Of a stretch of 64,000 nt of DNA, positions 1 to 9,502 are shown in pieces. Location of the stretch: positions 480,001 to 544,000 of the forward strand of contig OY775910.1 in NCBI GenBank assembly GCA_963675245.1. Reading direction: 5' to 3'. Both the position numbers and the translations under genes were made by a program. Source of the stretch: Acholeplasmataceae bacterium (GTDB lineage Bacteria; Bacillota_I; Bacilli_A; Acholeplasmatales; Acholeplasmataceae). The notes below the pieces were generated by a model. It worked only from the letters and a program-made list of their open reading frames with translations, ran no database searches and had not been told where the DNA came from. Numbering within the stretch: the first letter of the stretch is position 1; each line of letters starts with the position of its first letter.

Positions 1-1
1 T

Positions 2-418
2 TCTCCCACAGGATTCCCATTCAAAGTCGTTGAACTTTCAAACACCACTGGTGTTGAAAAGACATACAAAGAAAGAAAACGTGTATGTGATATAGGTTAT
101 CTTAGAGAAGCTTATCTCAAAGATGATGGTAAGATTGGTTATCGCTGTCCATCCGAACCAGTCGATGCATATGTCAGAAAAGGTGGAAAATTAGAAGACA
201 CTGTTGGTCGTAAATGTTTATGTAACGGTTTAATAGCAACCATCGGTTATGGCCAAGAACGAAAAGATTCAAAGGAAATGCCAATTGTTACAGCCGGTGA
301 TGACTTGAAATATATATTAGCATTCCTTAAGCCCGGTGAATTAATATATAGTGCCTTAGATGTGTTAAAAACTATTTTAGGCCAAGCGTTCTCTCCTACG
401 AGTCTTAAAATAGCTTAA
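2..418 (+). CDS. Nitronate monooxygenase / 2-nitropropane dioxygenase family protein, C-terminal part (5' end outside window)
   Basis: Hand translation of the frame starting at 2: SPTGFPFKV...RVCDIGYLREAY...GYRCPSEP...GRKCLCNGL...IVTAGDD, TAA at 416-418; motifs recalled from this family. Confidence 0.7.
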   Translation, partial: SPTGFPFKVVELSNTTGVEKTYKERKRVCDIGYLREAYLKDDGKIGYRCPSEPVDAYVRKGGKLEDTVGRKCLCNGLIATIGYGQERKDSKEMPIVTAGDDLKYILAFLKPGELIYSALDVLKTILGQAFSPTSLKIA

Positions 419-421
419 AGA

Positions 422-459
422 AATGTCAGTTGCGAATTGCAACTGACATTATTTTTTTT
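422..459. terminator. Intrinsic terminator between convergent genes
   Basis: 12-bp stem AATGTCAGTTGC-gaatt-GCAACTGACATT followed by a T tract. Confidence 0.85.
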
Positions 460-467
460 ATTCTTTT

Positions 468-1475
468 TTAATGCTTTAAAAACTTCTTTTCATTTGAACC
501 ATAACGTTCTCCAATATCAGGATACTTAACCAATAATTCATCAAGCACTTTCATATCATCATCTGTTAAGCTAACATCCACAGCACCTATATTATCTTCT
601 AAGTACTTAACGTGTTTTGTTCCTGATATAGGGATAATAAATTCGCCGTGATGTAGTACCCAACTAATGGCGAGTTGTGCTGGTGTGCATCCTTTCTTTT
701 TAGCGAATGCGCCAAACGCTTCTGCAAGCATTAAATTATTTTTTAAATGTTCACCATGAAATCGTGGTAGCCCTTGTCTAAAATCGTTACTATTTAGTTT
801 ATTAATGTCTTTATTCTTAACTATGAGTCCTCTTGACAACGGTGAGAAAGGTATAAATGCGATGCCCATTTCTCGACAATAATCAAGAATACCATTTGTT
901 TCAACTTGTCTTGTTAAAAAAGAATATTCAGATTGAATGGCGGATATGGGCCAAACCGATTCCGCTTTTTTTAAATCCTCTAATGTACATTCCGATAACC
1001 CTAGAAACTTAACCTTACCCATTTTAACAAATTCAGCCATCACCTTAACACTTTCTTCAACTGGCACATTTGGATCCACACGATGAAGATATAATAAATC
1101 AATATATGGTGTATCCAATCTTTCCAATGAAGCCTCAACTGCTTGTCTAATATATGAAGGTTTTCCACATACTTCTGTTTGTGCGGAAACGCTCTTACCT
1201 AAAACGTTTCCCTTTCTTTTGAATCCAATCTTTGTCGCGATAAAAAGATCTTCTCTGTTGTGCTTTTTAATGAATACACTTAAGAGTTTTTCATTATCAC
1301 CAAACCCATAAACATCAGCCGTATCAAAAAAATTAATACCCTGTTCATATGCATACGCTAATGTTTTTAAACTCTCCTCATCATTTCTATCTCCATAGGC
1401 ATGACTCATGCCCATGCATCCTAAACCGATACTTGATAGCTGAATATTTGTATTTGCAAACTGTCTTTTTTTCAT
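468..1475 (-). CDS. Aldo/keto reductase
   Basis: GLGCMGMS, FFDTADVYG, IDLLYLHRVD, SAIQSEYS, PFSPLSRG motifs. Confidence 0.93.
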   Translation of the reverse strand: MKKRQFANTNIQLSSIGLGCMGMSHAYGDRNDEESLKTLAYAYEQGINFFDTADVYGFGDNEKLLSVFIKKHNREDLFIATKIGFKRKGNVLGKSVSAQTEVCGKPSYIRQAVEASLERLDTPYIDLLYLHRVDPNVPVEESVKVMAEFVKMGKVKFLGLSECTLEDLKKAESVWPISAIQSEYSFLTRQVETNGILDYCREMGIAFIPFSPLSRGLIVKNKDINKLNSNDFRQGLPRFHGEHLKNNLMLAEAFGAFAKKKGCTPAQLAISWVLHHGEFIIPISGTKHVKYLEDNIGAVDVSLTDDDMKVLDELLVKYPDIGERYGSNEKKFLKH

Positions 1476-2152
1476 ATGGTCTTCTCCTTCATTTCTGCAA
1501 TGACTGTTTGATAATCTTTTAATGCTTGTTCGCCTTTATCTGTGAGATGATAAACACCTCTTCTAATCCGTTCGAACCAACCTTCATAATTTTTTTGTAA
1601 CACACTCGTCACTTTATTTTCCTTCAACGCTTCTTTTAAATACGCTGTTGTTCTTGGACCGTCTTTTAATTCTTCCGCGATCAAAAGGGTAAGTTCTTTA
1701 TATGCAGTAATAATTTTTGTCTTCGTCACTCCACCTGTATTGAGTGATGTCTTTCTCATATTAAATTCTTTTAAGAGTCTTTCTTTTTTCTGATGTTGTT
1801 TTTTAAAATGATAGGGTGCTGGATCAAATAATACGTCTAATGTTTCATGTGTCATATCCACTAAAATTAATCCTAATTCTAATCGTCTCGTGATGGACTT
1901 CTTCTCGTGAAAGTTATCTGATTTTAATACTTTACTTGAAGGTCTTGGAATAGCGAGATAAACATTATCTGATAAGTGTTCTCTTTTCAATCCTTGATAA
2001 ATGAGTGATATTGTAAAAGATGTCTTCATCTCAATGATGATGACATCTTGATCTTTTTTGGCAACAATATCAGCATGCATCACTTCTGCTTTCACATCAT
2101 AGCCATGCTTAACCAAATATGCTTTTATAATCGGAAACATTTCTTTTTCCAT
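1472..2152 (-). CDS. DUF2161-family putative PD-(D/E)XK protein
   Basis: GYDVKAEV..ADIVA..IIIEMK, TAYKE, LQKNYEGWFERIRRGVY; start placed at ATG 2152 after AGGAG. Confidence 0.75.
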   Translation of the reverse strand: MEKEMFPIIKAYLVKHGYDVKAEVMHADIVAKKDQDVIIIEMKTSFTISLIYQGLKREHLSDNVYLAIPRPSSKVLKSDNFHEKKSITRRLELGLILVDMTHETLDVLFDPAPYHFKKQHQKKERLLKEFNMRKTSLNTGGVTKTKIITAYKELTLLIAEELKDGPRTTAYLKEALKENKVTSVLQKNYEGWFERIRRGVYHLTDKGEQALKDYQTVIAEMKEKTI

Positions 2153-2159
2153 AATACTC

Positions 2160-4169
2160 CTATTTAATGTATTCAAATAATGCTAATTGTGAATTAAGTG
2201 GTTTATGATTACCCGGTTTAACTTTCTCATACTCATCCATATGATTCACATACGATTTCACATTATCTGAAAGTTGTAGATTGAGGAGTTTGATCAATAA
2301 TTGTTTCGAATCTTCATTTGTCACAGGCAACGCTGTTTCAATACGTCGTTCCATATTTCTAGTCATTAAATCAGCTGATGTAATAAATACATCTTCCTTA
2401 CCGTTGGCGTGAAAATAATAAATACGCATATGTTCTAAATATCGACCGACGATTGATTTTACATGAATGTTCTCACTAAAACCTTCAATACCAGGAATCA
2501 AACAACAAATCGATCTAATAATCATATCAATTCTCACGCCTTTTTGAGACGCTTTGATAAGTTCATTCATCACTTCAATATCTGTTAAAGAATTAATCTT
2601 AACAATGATGTGACCGTTCTTATATTTTTCTTGGTTCTTAATTTCTTTTCTGACGTTATGTATGAACATCTCTTTTATAGAATATGGAGACGCGATTAAT
2701 TTCTTATAATCTGGTTTTGCTGTATAGCTAGAAATATAATTAAAAAACTGAATAACATCGCTACCAATGACTTCATCTGTTGTAAACAAACTAACATCTG
2801 TATAAATCTTCGCGTTGTTTTCATTATAATTACCCGTGCTAAAGTGAACATAGGTCTTTACGCCATCATTTGAATTTTTAACGATCAACATTAATTTAGA
2901 ATGTGTTTTTAAATCGGGCACACCATAAATCACGTGTGCACCAACACGTTCTAATTCACTTCCCCAGTGGAGGTTATTCTCTTCATCAAAGCGCGCTCTT
3001 AATTCAAATAACACCGTGACTTGTTTTCCTGCCTCAGCTGCTTTAACAAGTGTTGACATAATCCTTGAATCTTTATTGGTACGATAAATGGTTTGTTTAA
3101 TCGCGACAACATCTGGATCATTCGCCGCTTCTACCATTAATCTCACCACAGGGTCATATGAATGATGTGGATGTAAAAGAATAATCTCTTTCTTATCCAT
3201 GACCTCCATAATCGACGGTTTTAAAAAAACTTCTGGTTCTACAGGGGTTTGATGATCATAAATTAAACCTCTTGTACGATCTTTAACAATATCATAGAGT
3301 TCACTCAAAAAGGATAAATCAACCGGTCCATCTACGAGGAACACATGTTTCTTTGGCAACTTGAGATGTGTATTTAAAAAAGTAATCACATCATCAGATA
3401 CGTGCGTATCAATTTCAATTCGTACTGCTGCACCACGTTTTCTATTTTTTAATTCTTGAGTGACACTCACAGCAAAATCATCAGACTGATCATTATATTC
3501 AATATCAAAATCTCGTGTGATTCTAAAAGGGTATGCTTCAACCACTTCAATACCCTTATAGATATATGCCATATGTTCAACAATTAAATCTTCTAACAAA
3601 ATAAATGTGTCTTTTTTGACTTGTACCACACGTTTAATATTTTTTGGTACTGTCACAACACTATATGAAATACGATCATCTTTATCTTTTAACATACTGA
3701 TAATATAGACACTTAAATTAGGTAATAACGGAAAAGGTAAATAGGGGCTGAACCTAATTGGTGTTAATACGGGATAGATAAAGTTATGAAAATAACTTGT
3801 CATCCTTTTCTTTTGATTATCGGTTAACGCTTTATAGGTCGTAAAATGAATGTGTTCATGTAATGCGTTTATTTTTTCTTTATAGATTTCATATTGTTTT
3901 TTAACAAGTTTTTGTGTTGTTTTTAAAATATCATTGATATATTCTCTTGGCAACATCCCTGACTTAATATCAATTTCTGTCATTCTTAATTTCGTTTGTG
4001 AGTAAATACCACTCACTCTAATCATGAAATACTCATCTAGATTCGTTGAGAATATGGATAAAAAGCGCAGTTGTTCCAAAAGGGGATTTGCATCATCTAG
4101 CGCTTCATTAAGTACTCTTTCATTAAATTTTAACCAACTGGTTTCTCTACCTGTGTAAACTCGGTTCAT
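2160..4169 (-). CDS. ppk1: Polyphosphate kinase 1
   Basis: RETSWLKFNERVL, NLDEYFMIRV, ELRARFDEENN, KTHSK, SIVGRYLEH, SADLMTRN; start at ATG 4169 after AGGTG. Confidence 0.96.
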   Translation of the reverse strand: MNRVYTGRETSWLKFNERVLNEALDDANPLLEQLRFLSIFSTNLDEYFMIRVSGIYSQTKLRMTEIDIKSGMLPREYINDILKTTQKLVKKQYEIYKEKINALHEHIHFTTYKALTDNQKKRMTSYFHNFIYPVLTPIRFSPYLPFPLLPNLSVYIISMLKDKDDRISYSVVTVPKNIKRVVQVKKDTFILLEDLIVEHMAYIYKGIEVVEAYPFRITRDFDIEYNDQSDDFAVSVTQELKNRKRGAAVRIEIDTHVSDDVITFLNTHLKLPKKHVFLVDGPVDLSFLSELYDIVKDRTRGLIYDHQTPVEPEVFLKPSIMEVMDKKEIILLHPHHSYDPVVRLMVEAANDPDVVAIKQTIYRTNKDSRIMSTLVKAAEAGKQVTVLFELRARFDEENNLHWGSELERVGAHVIYGVPDLKTHSKLMLIVKNSNDGVKTYVHFSTGNYNENNAKIYTDVSLFTTDEVIGSDVIQFFNYISSYTAKPDYKKLIASPYSIKEMFIHNVRKEIKNQEKYKNGHIIVKINSLTDIEVMNELIKASQKGVRIDMIIRSICCLIPGIEGFSENIHVKSIVGRYLEHMRIYYFHANGKEDVFITSADLMTRNMERRIETALPVTNEDSKQLLIKLLNLQLSDNVKSYVNHMDEYEKVKPGNHKPLNSQLALFEYIK

Positions 4170-5076
4170 CATATTCACCTATCATCTGTAATAAGACGCC
4201 TTCTCTTAATCCGGTGACACTACAAACATAATATGTCGCGTGAATAAATTCAAAGATTGTTTCAAAAACAATCAGTGATGGGACAATCAAATCTGCACGA
4301 CTTGGTGTAAAGCCATTGATTTTTTTTATTTCTTCAACTGTTAACAATTGTAATATTTTTCTAGTTCGATTTAATTCTCTAAATCCTAGAATATAACCAT
4401 GCGTGTCCTCTTCTCTGCTTGAGAAGAAACGATCTAATCTAACGAGATTACGACTTGAACCACCAACCACAATCAATGGTAACTGAATACCTGTTAACCA
4501 CGGTAATGTCATTAATTTAGAACGCACATACTCTCTGATTTGATAGCTTTCAGCATCCGTTGGAATCGCTGAAGAAATCATCTGTCTTAAAACAACCGAT
4601 CCAAAATCAAAGAGTGCGTATTGGACTGGTTTATTATGCTCAAAGTGAACAATTTCAGCAGAACCACCACCTAGGTCTAAATAAACGCCTTCTTCTTCAT
4701 GTTTCAAATAATGGTTCATGCCTTGAAAGCCTAAAAGCGATTCTTGTTCCTCTGATAACATATCAATCTTGATGTCTAACGTTTCATACACACGGTTGAG
4801 AATATCCTTTTGATTATCAACCATACGAATTGTTTGGGTTGCGAAATACTTAACCAGATGTGCATCCTTCTTTTTAATGATTTTTTTATAAGTTGAAAGA
4901 ACATTAATTAACGCGCTTATACCGTCGTCTGTTAAAACATGATCTTTTACGTGATTACGTAACCGAACACTTTCTTTGATATTTAAAAGTAGTTGGTACT
5001 TTTTTCCCTTATTTACTTTGTATAGACAAAGCCTTACTGTATTAGAACCAATATCAACAAGTGCTACTTTCTTCAT
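4147..5076 (-). CDS. ppx: Ppx/GppA exopolyphosphatase (short form, no C-terminal HD domain)
   Basis: VDIGSNTVRL, DLGGGSAE, GLREG; adjacent to ppk1; ATG 5076 after AAGAGGA. Confidence 0.9.
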   Translation of the reverse strand: MKKVALVDIGSNTVRLCLYKVNKGKKYQLLLNIKESVRLRNHVKDHVLTDDGISALINVLSTYKKIIKKKDAHLVKYFATQTIRMVDNQKDILNRVYETLDIKIDMLSEEQESLLGFQGMNHYLKHEEEGVYLDLGGGSAEIVHFEHNKPVQYALFDFGSVVLRQMISSAIPTDAESYQIREYVRSKLMTLPWLTGIQLPLIVVGGSSRNLVRLDRFFSSREEDTHGYILGFRELNRTRKILQLLTVEEIKKINGFTPSRADLIVPSLIVFETIFEFIHATYYVCSVTGLREGVLLQMIGEYDEPSLHR

Positions 5077-5201
5077 AAAGTGTCCTCTTTTCAACATGTC
5101 TGTTACCCCCATTATAATACAGTAAATCACAGAAAGTAAAATGGAACCCTATTTATCGAAATAAACATCGTTTTTTGTCATAAAAAATTGATGTGTAAAT
5201 C

Positions 5202-5230
5202 TTGACAACACCAAAATCCAGTATTATAAT
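5202..5230 (+). promoter_or_regulatory. Consensus sigma-A promoter of the hsp20 gene
   Basis: TTGACA(5202-5207)-N17-TATAAT(5225-5230). Confidence 0.9.
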
Positions 5231-5239
5231 ATAGATGTA

Positions 5240-5266
5240 ATGGCACTTAATACAGTAGAGTGCCAA
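5240..5266 (+). promoter_or_regulatory. CIRCE element (HrcA operator)
   Basis: ATGGCACTT-N9-GAGTGCCAA versus consensus TTAGCACTC-N9-GAGTGCTAA, between promoter and RBS of a small heat-shock gene. Confidence 0.85.
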
Positions 5267-5285
5267 TCATAAAGGAGGTATAGTT

Positions 5286-5729
5286 ATGTTTGGAGTAACG
5301 CCATTCAATGGGCATGTTGTTAAGAGAAACAATGAACCAGATGCGTTTCGTGATTTGATTGATGATTTCTTTAGAGATGACTTCTTCCCATTTAGAAGTC
5401 TCAAGTATGACACATTCAAAGTAGACATTCAAGAAAAGGATGATAACTACTTGATTGAGGCTGATATGCCTGGTATTAAAAAAGAAGATATTCACCTAGA
5501 ATATCATGACGGTTTATTAAATATATCAATAAGTCACGAAGAAAACAAAGAAGAAAAAGATAAGAATTACATTCATAGAGAAAGAAAACAATGTGCTATG
5601 CATCGTACATTAAATCTAGGCGATTTAGATGAGGAGCATATTGAAGCTCAATTAAAAGATGGTATATTAACCATTAAAGCACCTAAAACAACGATTGCCC
5701 AAACAACAAAACAAATCGAAATTAAGTAA
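5286..5729 (+). CDS. Hsp20/alpha-crystallin small heat-shock protein
   Basis: FKVDIQE, ADMPGIKKEDI, YIHRER, IEAQLKDGILTIKAPK; RBS AAGGAGG. Confidence 0.95.
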   Translation: MFGVTPFNGHVVKRNNEPDAFRDLIDDFFRDDFFPFRSLKYDTFKVDIQEKDDNYLIEADMPGIKKEDIHLEYHDGLLNISISHEENKEEKDKNYIHRERKQCAMHRTLNLGDLDEEHIEAQLKDGILTIKAPKTTIAQTTKQIEIK

Positions 5730-5732
5730 AAG

Positions 5733-5756
5733 AAAAGAGCGATTATCGCTCTTTTT
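5733..5756. terminator. Bidirectional intrinsic terminator
   Basis: AAAAGAGCGA-tta-TCGCTCTTTTT between convergent genes. Confidence 0.8.
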
Positions 5757-5761
5757 GCTTG

Positions 5762-7003
5762 TTACGCCTTACTTCTTGCTGGCTTATATGTTTTGTTTGT
5801 ATGATAGTAAAACTTCTTTTTCGCCTTCGGCTTATAAGACTTGGTTTGCATCTTCGTCTTTTTAGGTTGTTCTTGAACAAATGGGTGATAACCAACCACA
5901 TTAATTGTTTGTTTAATGTGACGTTCAACACTCGCTAATAGTTTTCGTTCATTGATATCGCAAAACGACATCGCTATCCCAGATAATCCTGCACGACCTG
6001 TACGGCCAATACGGTGAATATACGTTTCCGCTTCTTCAGGTAAATCATAATTGATCACGAATGATAAATTCTTAATATCAATCCCACGTGACGCGACATC
6101 CGTCGCGACTAATACACTTGTTCTTCTCTTTTTGAAGTTAGCAAGTGCACGTTCACGTGCATTTTGTGATTTATTACCATGAATGGTTTCTGCTTTAATA
6201 CCCGCTTTAAGCAACTCTTTCTCAAGATGATCTGCACCATGTTTCGTTCTTGTGAATACCAAAAGATTGTCTATTTGCATCTCTTCAATTAAATGTAATA
6301 ACAATTCAGTCTTTTGTTTCCTACTCACATAGTAAAGATGTTGAGAAATCTGTTCTACTGTTTCAGTGACGGGTGCGATCGCGATACGTTCAGGATCTTT
6401 TAACAACTCTTTTGCTAACGCTTCAATTGCTTTTGGCATCGTTGCAGAAAATAGCATCGTTTGTCTTTCTTGATGCATGTATTTCACAATCTCTTTCACA
6501 TCGACAATAAATCCCATATCAAGCATACGGTCAGCTTCATCTAAAACGAAATACTTAATATCGTTTAATTTTAAAACACGTTGTCTTAATAAATCAAGAA
6601 GTCTACCTGGTGTTGCGATAATGATATCGACACCTTTTCTAATCGCTTGTTCTTGTTTCTTTTGAGAAACACCACCAAAAATAACGGTGTGTCTTAATCC
6701 AGTATGTTTACCATAAAGTCTGAAGCTTTGCCCTATCTGATTCGCCAACTCTCTTGTTGGTGTTAAAATAAGCGCTGCTAACTTATGTTTTTTATCTCTT
6801 TTTTTGTCTTCGTAAATGTGCTGTAATATCGGTACTGCAAATGCAGCTGTCTTACCAGTACCCGTTTGTGCACTACCTAATACATCATTTCCACCCAATA
6901 ATAATGGAATGGCTTGTTCTTGTATTGGTGTTGGTGTTACATAGCCCTTTTCCTCGATTGATTTGAGGATGTTAGGGATAATACCTAAATCATAAAATGT
7001 CAT
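5762..7003 (-). CDS. DEAD-box RNA helicase (RhlE-like)
   Basis: PTPIQ, AQTGTGKT, PTRELA, TPGRL, LDEADRM, SAT, HRIGRTGRAG; basic C-terminal tail. Confidence 0.95.
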   Translation of the reverse strand: MTFYDLGIIPNILKSIEEKGYVTPTPIQEQAIPLLLGGNDVLGSAQTGTGKTAAFAVPILQHIYEDKKRDKKHKLAALILTPTRELANQIGQSFRLYGKHTGLRHTVIFGGVSQKKQEQAIRKGVDIIIATPGRLLDLLRQRVLKLNDIKYFVLDEADRMLDMGFIVDVKEIVKYMHQERQTMLFSATMPKAIEALAKELLKDPERIAIAPVTETVEQISQHLYYVSRKQKTELLLHLIEEMQIDNLLVFTRTKHGADHLEKELLKAGIKAETIHGNKSQNARERALANFKKRRTSVLVATDVASRGIDIKNLSFVINYDLPEEAETYIHRIGRTGRAGLSGIAMSFCDINERKLLASVERHIKQTINVVGYHPFVQEQPKKTKMQTKSYKPKAKKKFYYHTNKTYKPARSKA

Positions 7004-7142
7004 TCAATTTTCCTTTTTCTTTCCAAAACTCATAATAAAAGAGGCATGCTATTAAACTAGCAGCCCCTTATAAGAATCTGTTTCGCATTAACTACTTAAA
7101 CAGTATACCACATTTGTGTCATATTGTTTATTTAAAACGTTA

Positions 7143-8498
7143 TCAATCATATTCTCCATATGAATCTTCACGCTCTTCTTTAGATACGAACCTAGAATAT
7201 TCAGTATCAAATCTAAACGATAGACGAATACCAGCCATACCTTGCCTGTTTTTCGCAATCGACAATTCAACGTCACCTGTCTTCTTTTCAATATCATGAA
7301 TGTAATAATCACCACGATATAAAAACATTACGATATCGGCATCCTGTTCAATCGATCCTGATTCACGAAGATCAGCTAAGACCGGTCTCTTATCCTCACG
7401 TTTTTCAACGTCACGTGATAACTGCGATAACGCTAAGACTGGCACGTGTAATTCTCTCGCCATTTGTTTTAAAGCCCTAGAGATTTTAGCCACTTCTTCT
7501 TGTCTGTTACCTGATCTTGTGTCTCCTTTTATCAACTGGAGATAGTCAATGACGACGAAATCAAGTTTATCTTCTTGTTTTAATTTACGACATTTAGCTC
7601 GAATATCCGCGACTGTCACCGCAGATGAATCATCAAATGCGATATTTAATAAAGATAGTGTTTGAATACCACCTTCTAAGTGTTGCCACTCAGCTGCAGA
7701 TAGACTACCAGTTTTAATTTTATTATTTTCAACATTCGCTTCACTAGACAACATTCTAGCAGCTAATTGTTCATTACTCATTTCTAGTGAGAAAATAGCG
7801 ACCCCTGCATGTCCTTCTTTATTCAGTTTGGACACATTTAATGCAAGGTTCATTGCGAGTGCGGATTTACCCATTGAAGGACGTGCAGCAAGAATGATTA
7901 ATTCTTCTGGTTGTAAACCTGCTGTAATACGGTCTAAGTTATCAAACCCAGTACGTAAACCGGTAATACCGCCTTTTTTATTTTTATTACGTTCTGTCTT
8001 TTCTTTCACTTCAATAATAACTTCTGATAAATAAGAAAATTCAGTTGTTTTTCTTTTTTGTGCGAGTGCAAAAATTTCTTCTTCCGCACGCGTGATATAA
8101 TCAGCCGCATTTTCATCATTTAAATAGCCTTCATTTACAATATCTGATGCGAGCTTAATGACCTGTCTTTTTAGTGATCCATCTCTGACTAAATCCACAT
8201 ATGTGTTTAAGTTTCTAACAGACGGTACTGCATCTGATAAATCAAGGAGATAAGGCATACCACCAACACGCTCAAGATGACCTGCTTGCTCAAGCATCGC
8301 AGCCACACTTGCAAAGTCGACTTTAAGGTTCGCCTCATCAACGTCTTTCATTGCTTGAAAGATGAGCATATGCGCCTCTTCAAAAAAGTCTTCATTATGA
8401 AGTTGGTCTTTAACAGCAACCACTTTTTTAGGATCTAGAAATATAGCACCTAAAACTGACCGTTCTGCTTCTTGATGATAGGGTAACGACTTCGGCAT
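7143..8498 (-). CDS. dnaB: Replicative DNA helicase
   Basis: EAERSVLG, LAARPSMGKS, FSLEMS, IDYLQL, DLRESGSIEQDAD, AKNRQG. Confidence 0.97.
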   Translation of the reverse strand: MPKSLPYHQEAERSVLGAIFLDPKKVVAVKDQLHNEDFFEEAHMLIFQAMKDVDEANLKVDFASVAAMLEQAGHLERVGGMPYLLDLSDAVPSVRNLNTYVDLVRDGSLKRQVIKLASDIVNEGYLNDENAADYITRAEEEIFALAQKRKTTEFSYLSEVIIEVKEKTERNKNKKGGITGLRTGFDNLDRITAGLQPEELIILAARPSMGKSALAMNLALNVSKLNKEGHAGVAIFSLEMSNEQLAARMLSSEANVENNKIKTGSLSAAEWQHLEGGIQTLSLLNIAFDDSSAVTVADIRAKCRKLKQEDKLDFVVIDYLQLIKGDTRSGNRQEEVAKISRALKQMARELHVPVLALSQLSRDVEKREDKRPVLADLRESGSIEQDADIVMFLYRGDYYIHDIEKKTGDVELSIAKNRQGMAGIRLSFRFDTEYSRFVSKEEREDSYGEYD

Positions 8499-8548
8499 GT
8501 TTACTCTCCTTCTTTTCTACTTAACAAGTGTTCATATTATACCACAAT

Positions 8549-9478
8549 TTATATATCGATTTCGAGTGTTAAAAGGTGATTATAATATTCTTTATCATAC
8601 TCTTTTAATACCTTTAACATTCTAAGCGTATTAAAGCGTCCATATGTCTCTTCTTCGAGTGTAAAATGAATCAATCCAGAATGTTGAGAACCTCTTCTTG
8701 AAAGTGGTCCTTTCATGTGGCTTTTGAGCTCGTCTAGTGCTTCATCCAAGCGTGGATCATAAGGATACTTGATGCTTGCGAAAAATTCTAAAGCTTTCAA
8801 TATATCATATTTCCAACGAGGTGGATAAGTGGGACTTAAAATACCATTAAATAATGGCCTTCCATCTTTAAACGACTTAAAGAGTTCTCTTTCTAATAAT
8901 ACTTCTATACCGGCTTGCATCGCTTTTTCAAGTTCTGACGCTTTATATCTATAGCCATTATCCAAGTAATCTCTAATCGCTTCTAACATCGTTAACGTTG
9001 TGTGAACAGAAGATATTTTCGACGTTACTTTTCTGTCCCATTCACAGTTCCATCCGCCATCACGCATGCGATATCTTAAAATATAGTTAACGATCTCATT
9101 TATTTTAGGACTTTTTATTTTCGCATAGCTTGCCATAGATAACAACATACCAGATATACACATATCTTGATGTCTTCTTTTAATGACTTGATCTGGTAAA
9201 TCCCACAAGTGATCAAGTAATGTATGAATAGCTTTAAAATAAACGTGGTGACTCGGTCTAATCTCCATATACTTCAATTCTTTTAATGTATAATGTGTTG
9301 AGATCCACTTTTTACTGTAGACCGTATGACTCCACATGCCTGATTTCACATCAAAAAGAGCGAGATAACGACCAATATAACCCGTTTCTATATAGGTAAC
9401 TCTTTCTCCTAACAAATACTTTTTCGTTAATCGTTTAATGACAGGATCTCCTGTCATTAAATAGTCAATCACATTCAC
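8549..9478 (-). CDS. Hypothetical protein with prenyltransferase/terpene-cyclase-like alpha-barrel features
   Basis: RMRDGGWNC, SSVHTT, YPPRWKYDILKAL, DPRLDEAL motifs; GTG start after GGAGG. Confidence 0.55.
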   Translation of the reverse strand: MNVIDYLMTGDPVIKRLTKKYLLGERVTYIETGYIGRYLALFDVKSGMWSHTVYSKKWISTHYTLKELKYMEIRPSHHVYFKAIHTLLDHLWDLPDQVIKRRHQDMCISGMLLSMASYAKIKSPKINEIVNYILRYRMRDGGWNCEWDRKVTSKISSVHTTLTMLEAIRDYLDNGYRYKASELEKAMQAGIEVLLERELFKSFKDGRPLFNGILSPTYPPRWKYDILKALEFFASIKYPYDPRLDEALDELKSHMKGPLSRRGSQHSGLIHFTLEEETYGRFNTLRMLKVLKEYDKEYYNHLLTLEIDI

Positions 9479-9502
9479 TATTTAACCCTCCCCAGAAGTT
9501 CT

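Noticed and set aside
5175..5185. Single TTGTCAT upstream of ppx-ppk1 as a Pho box tying the two-component system to polyphosphate
   Set aside because: Only one half-site, with no 11-bp-phased partner and on the opposite strand to ppx
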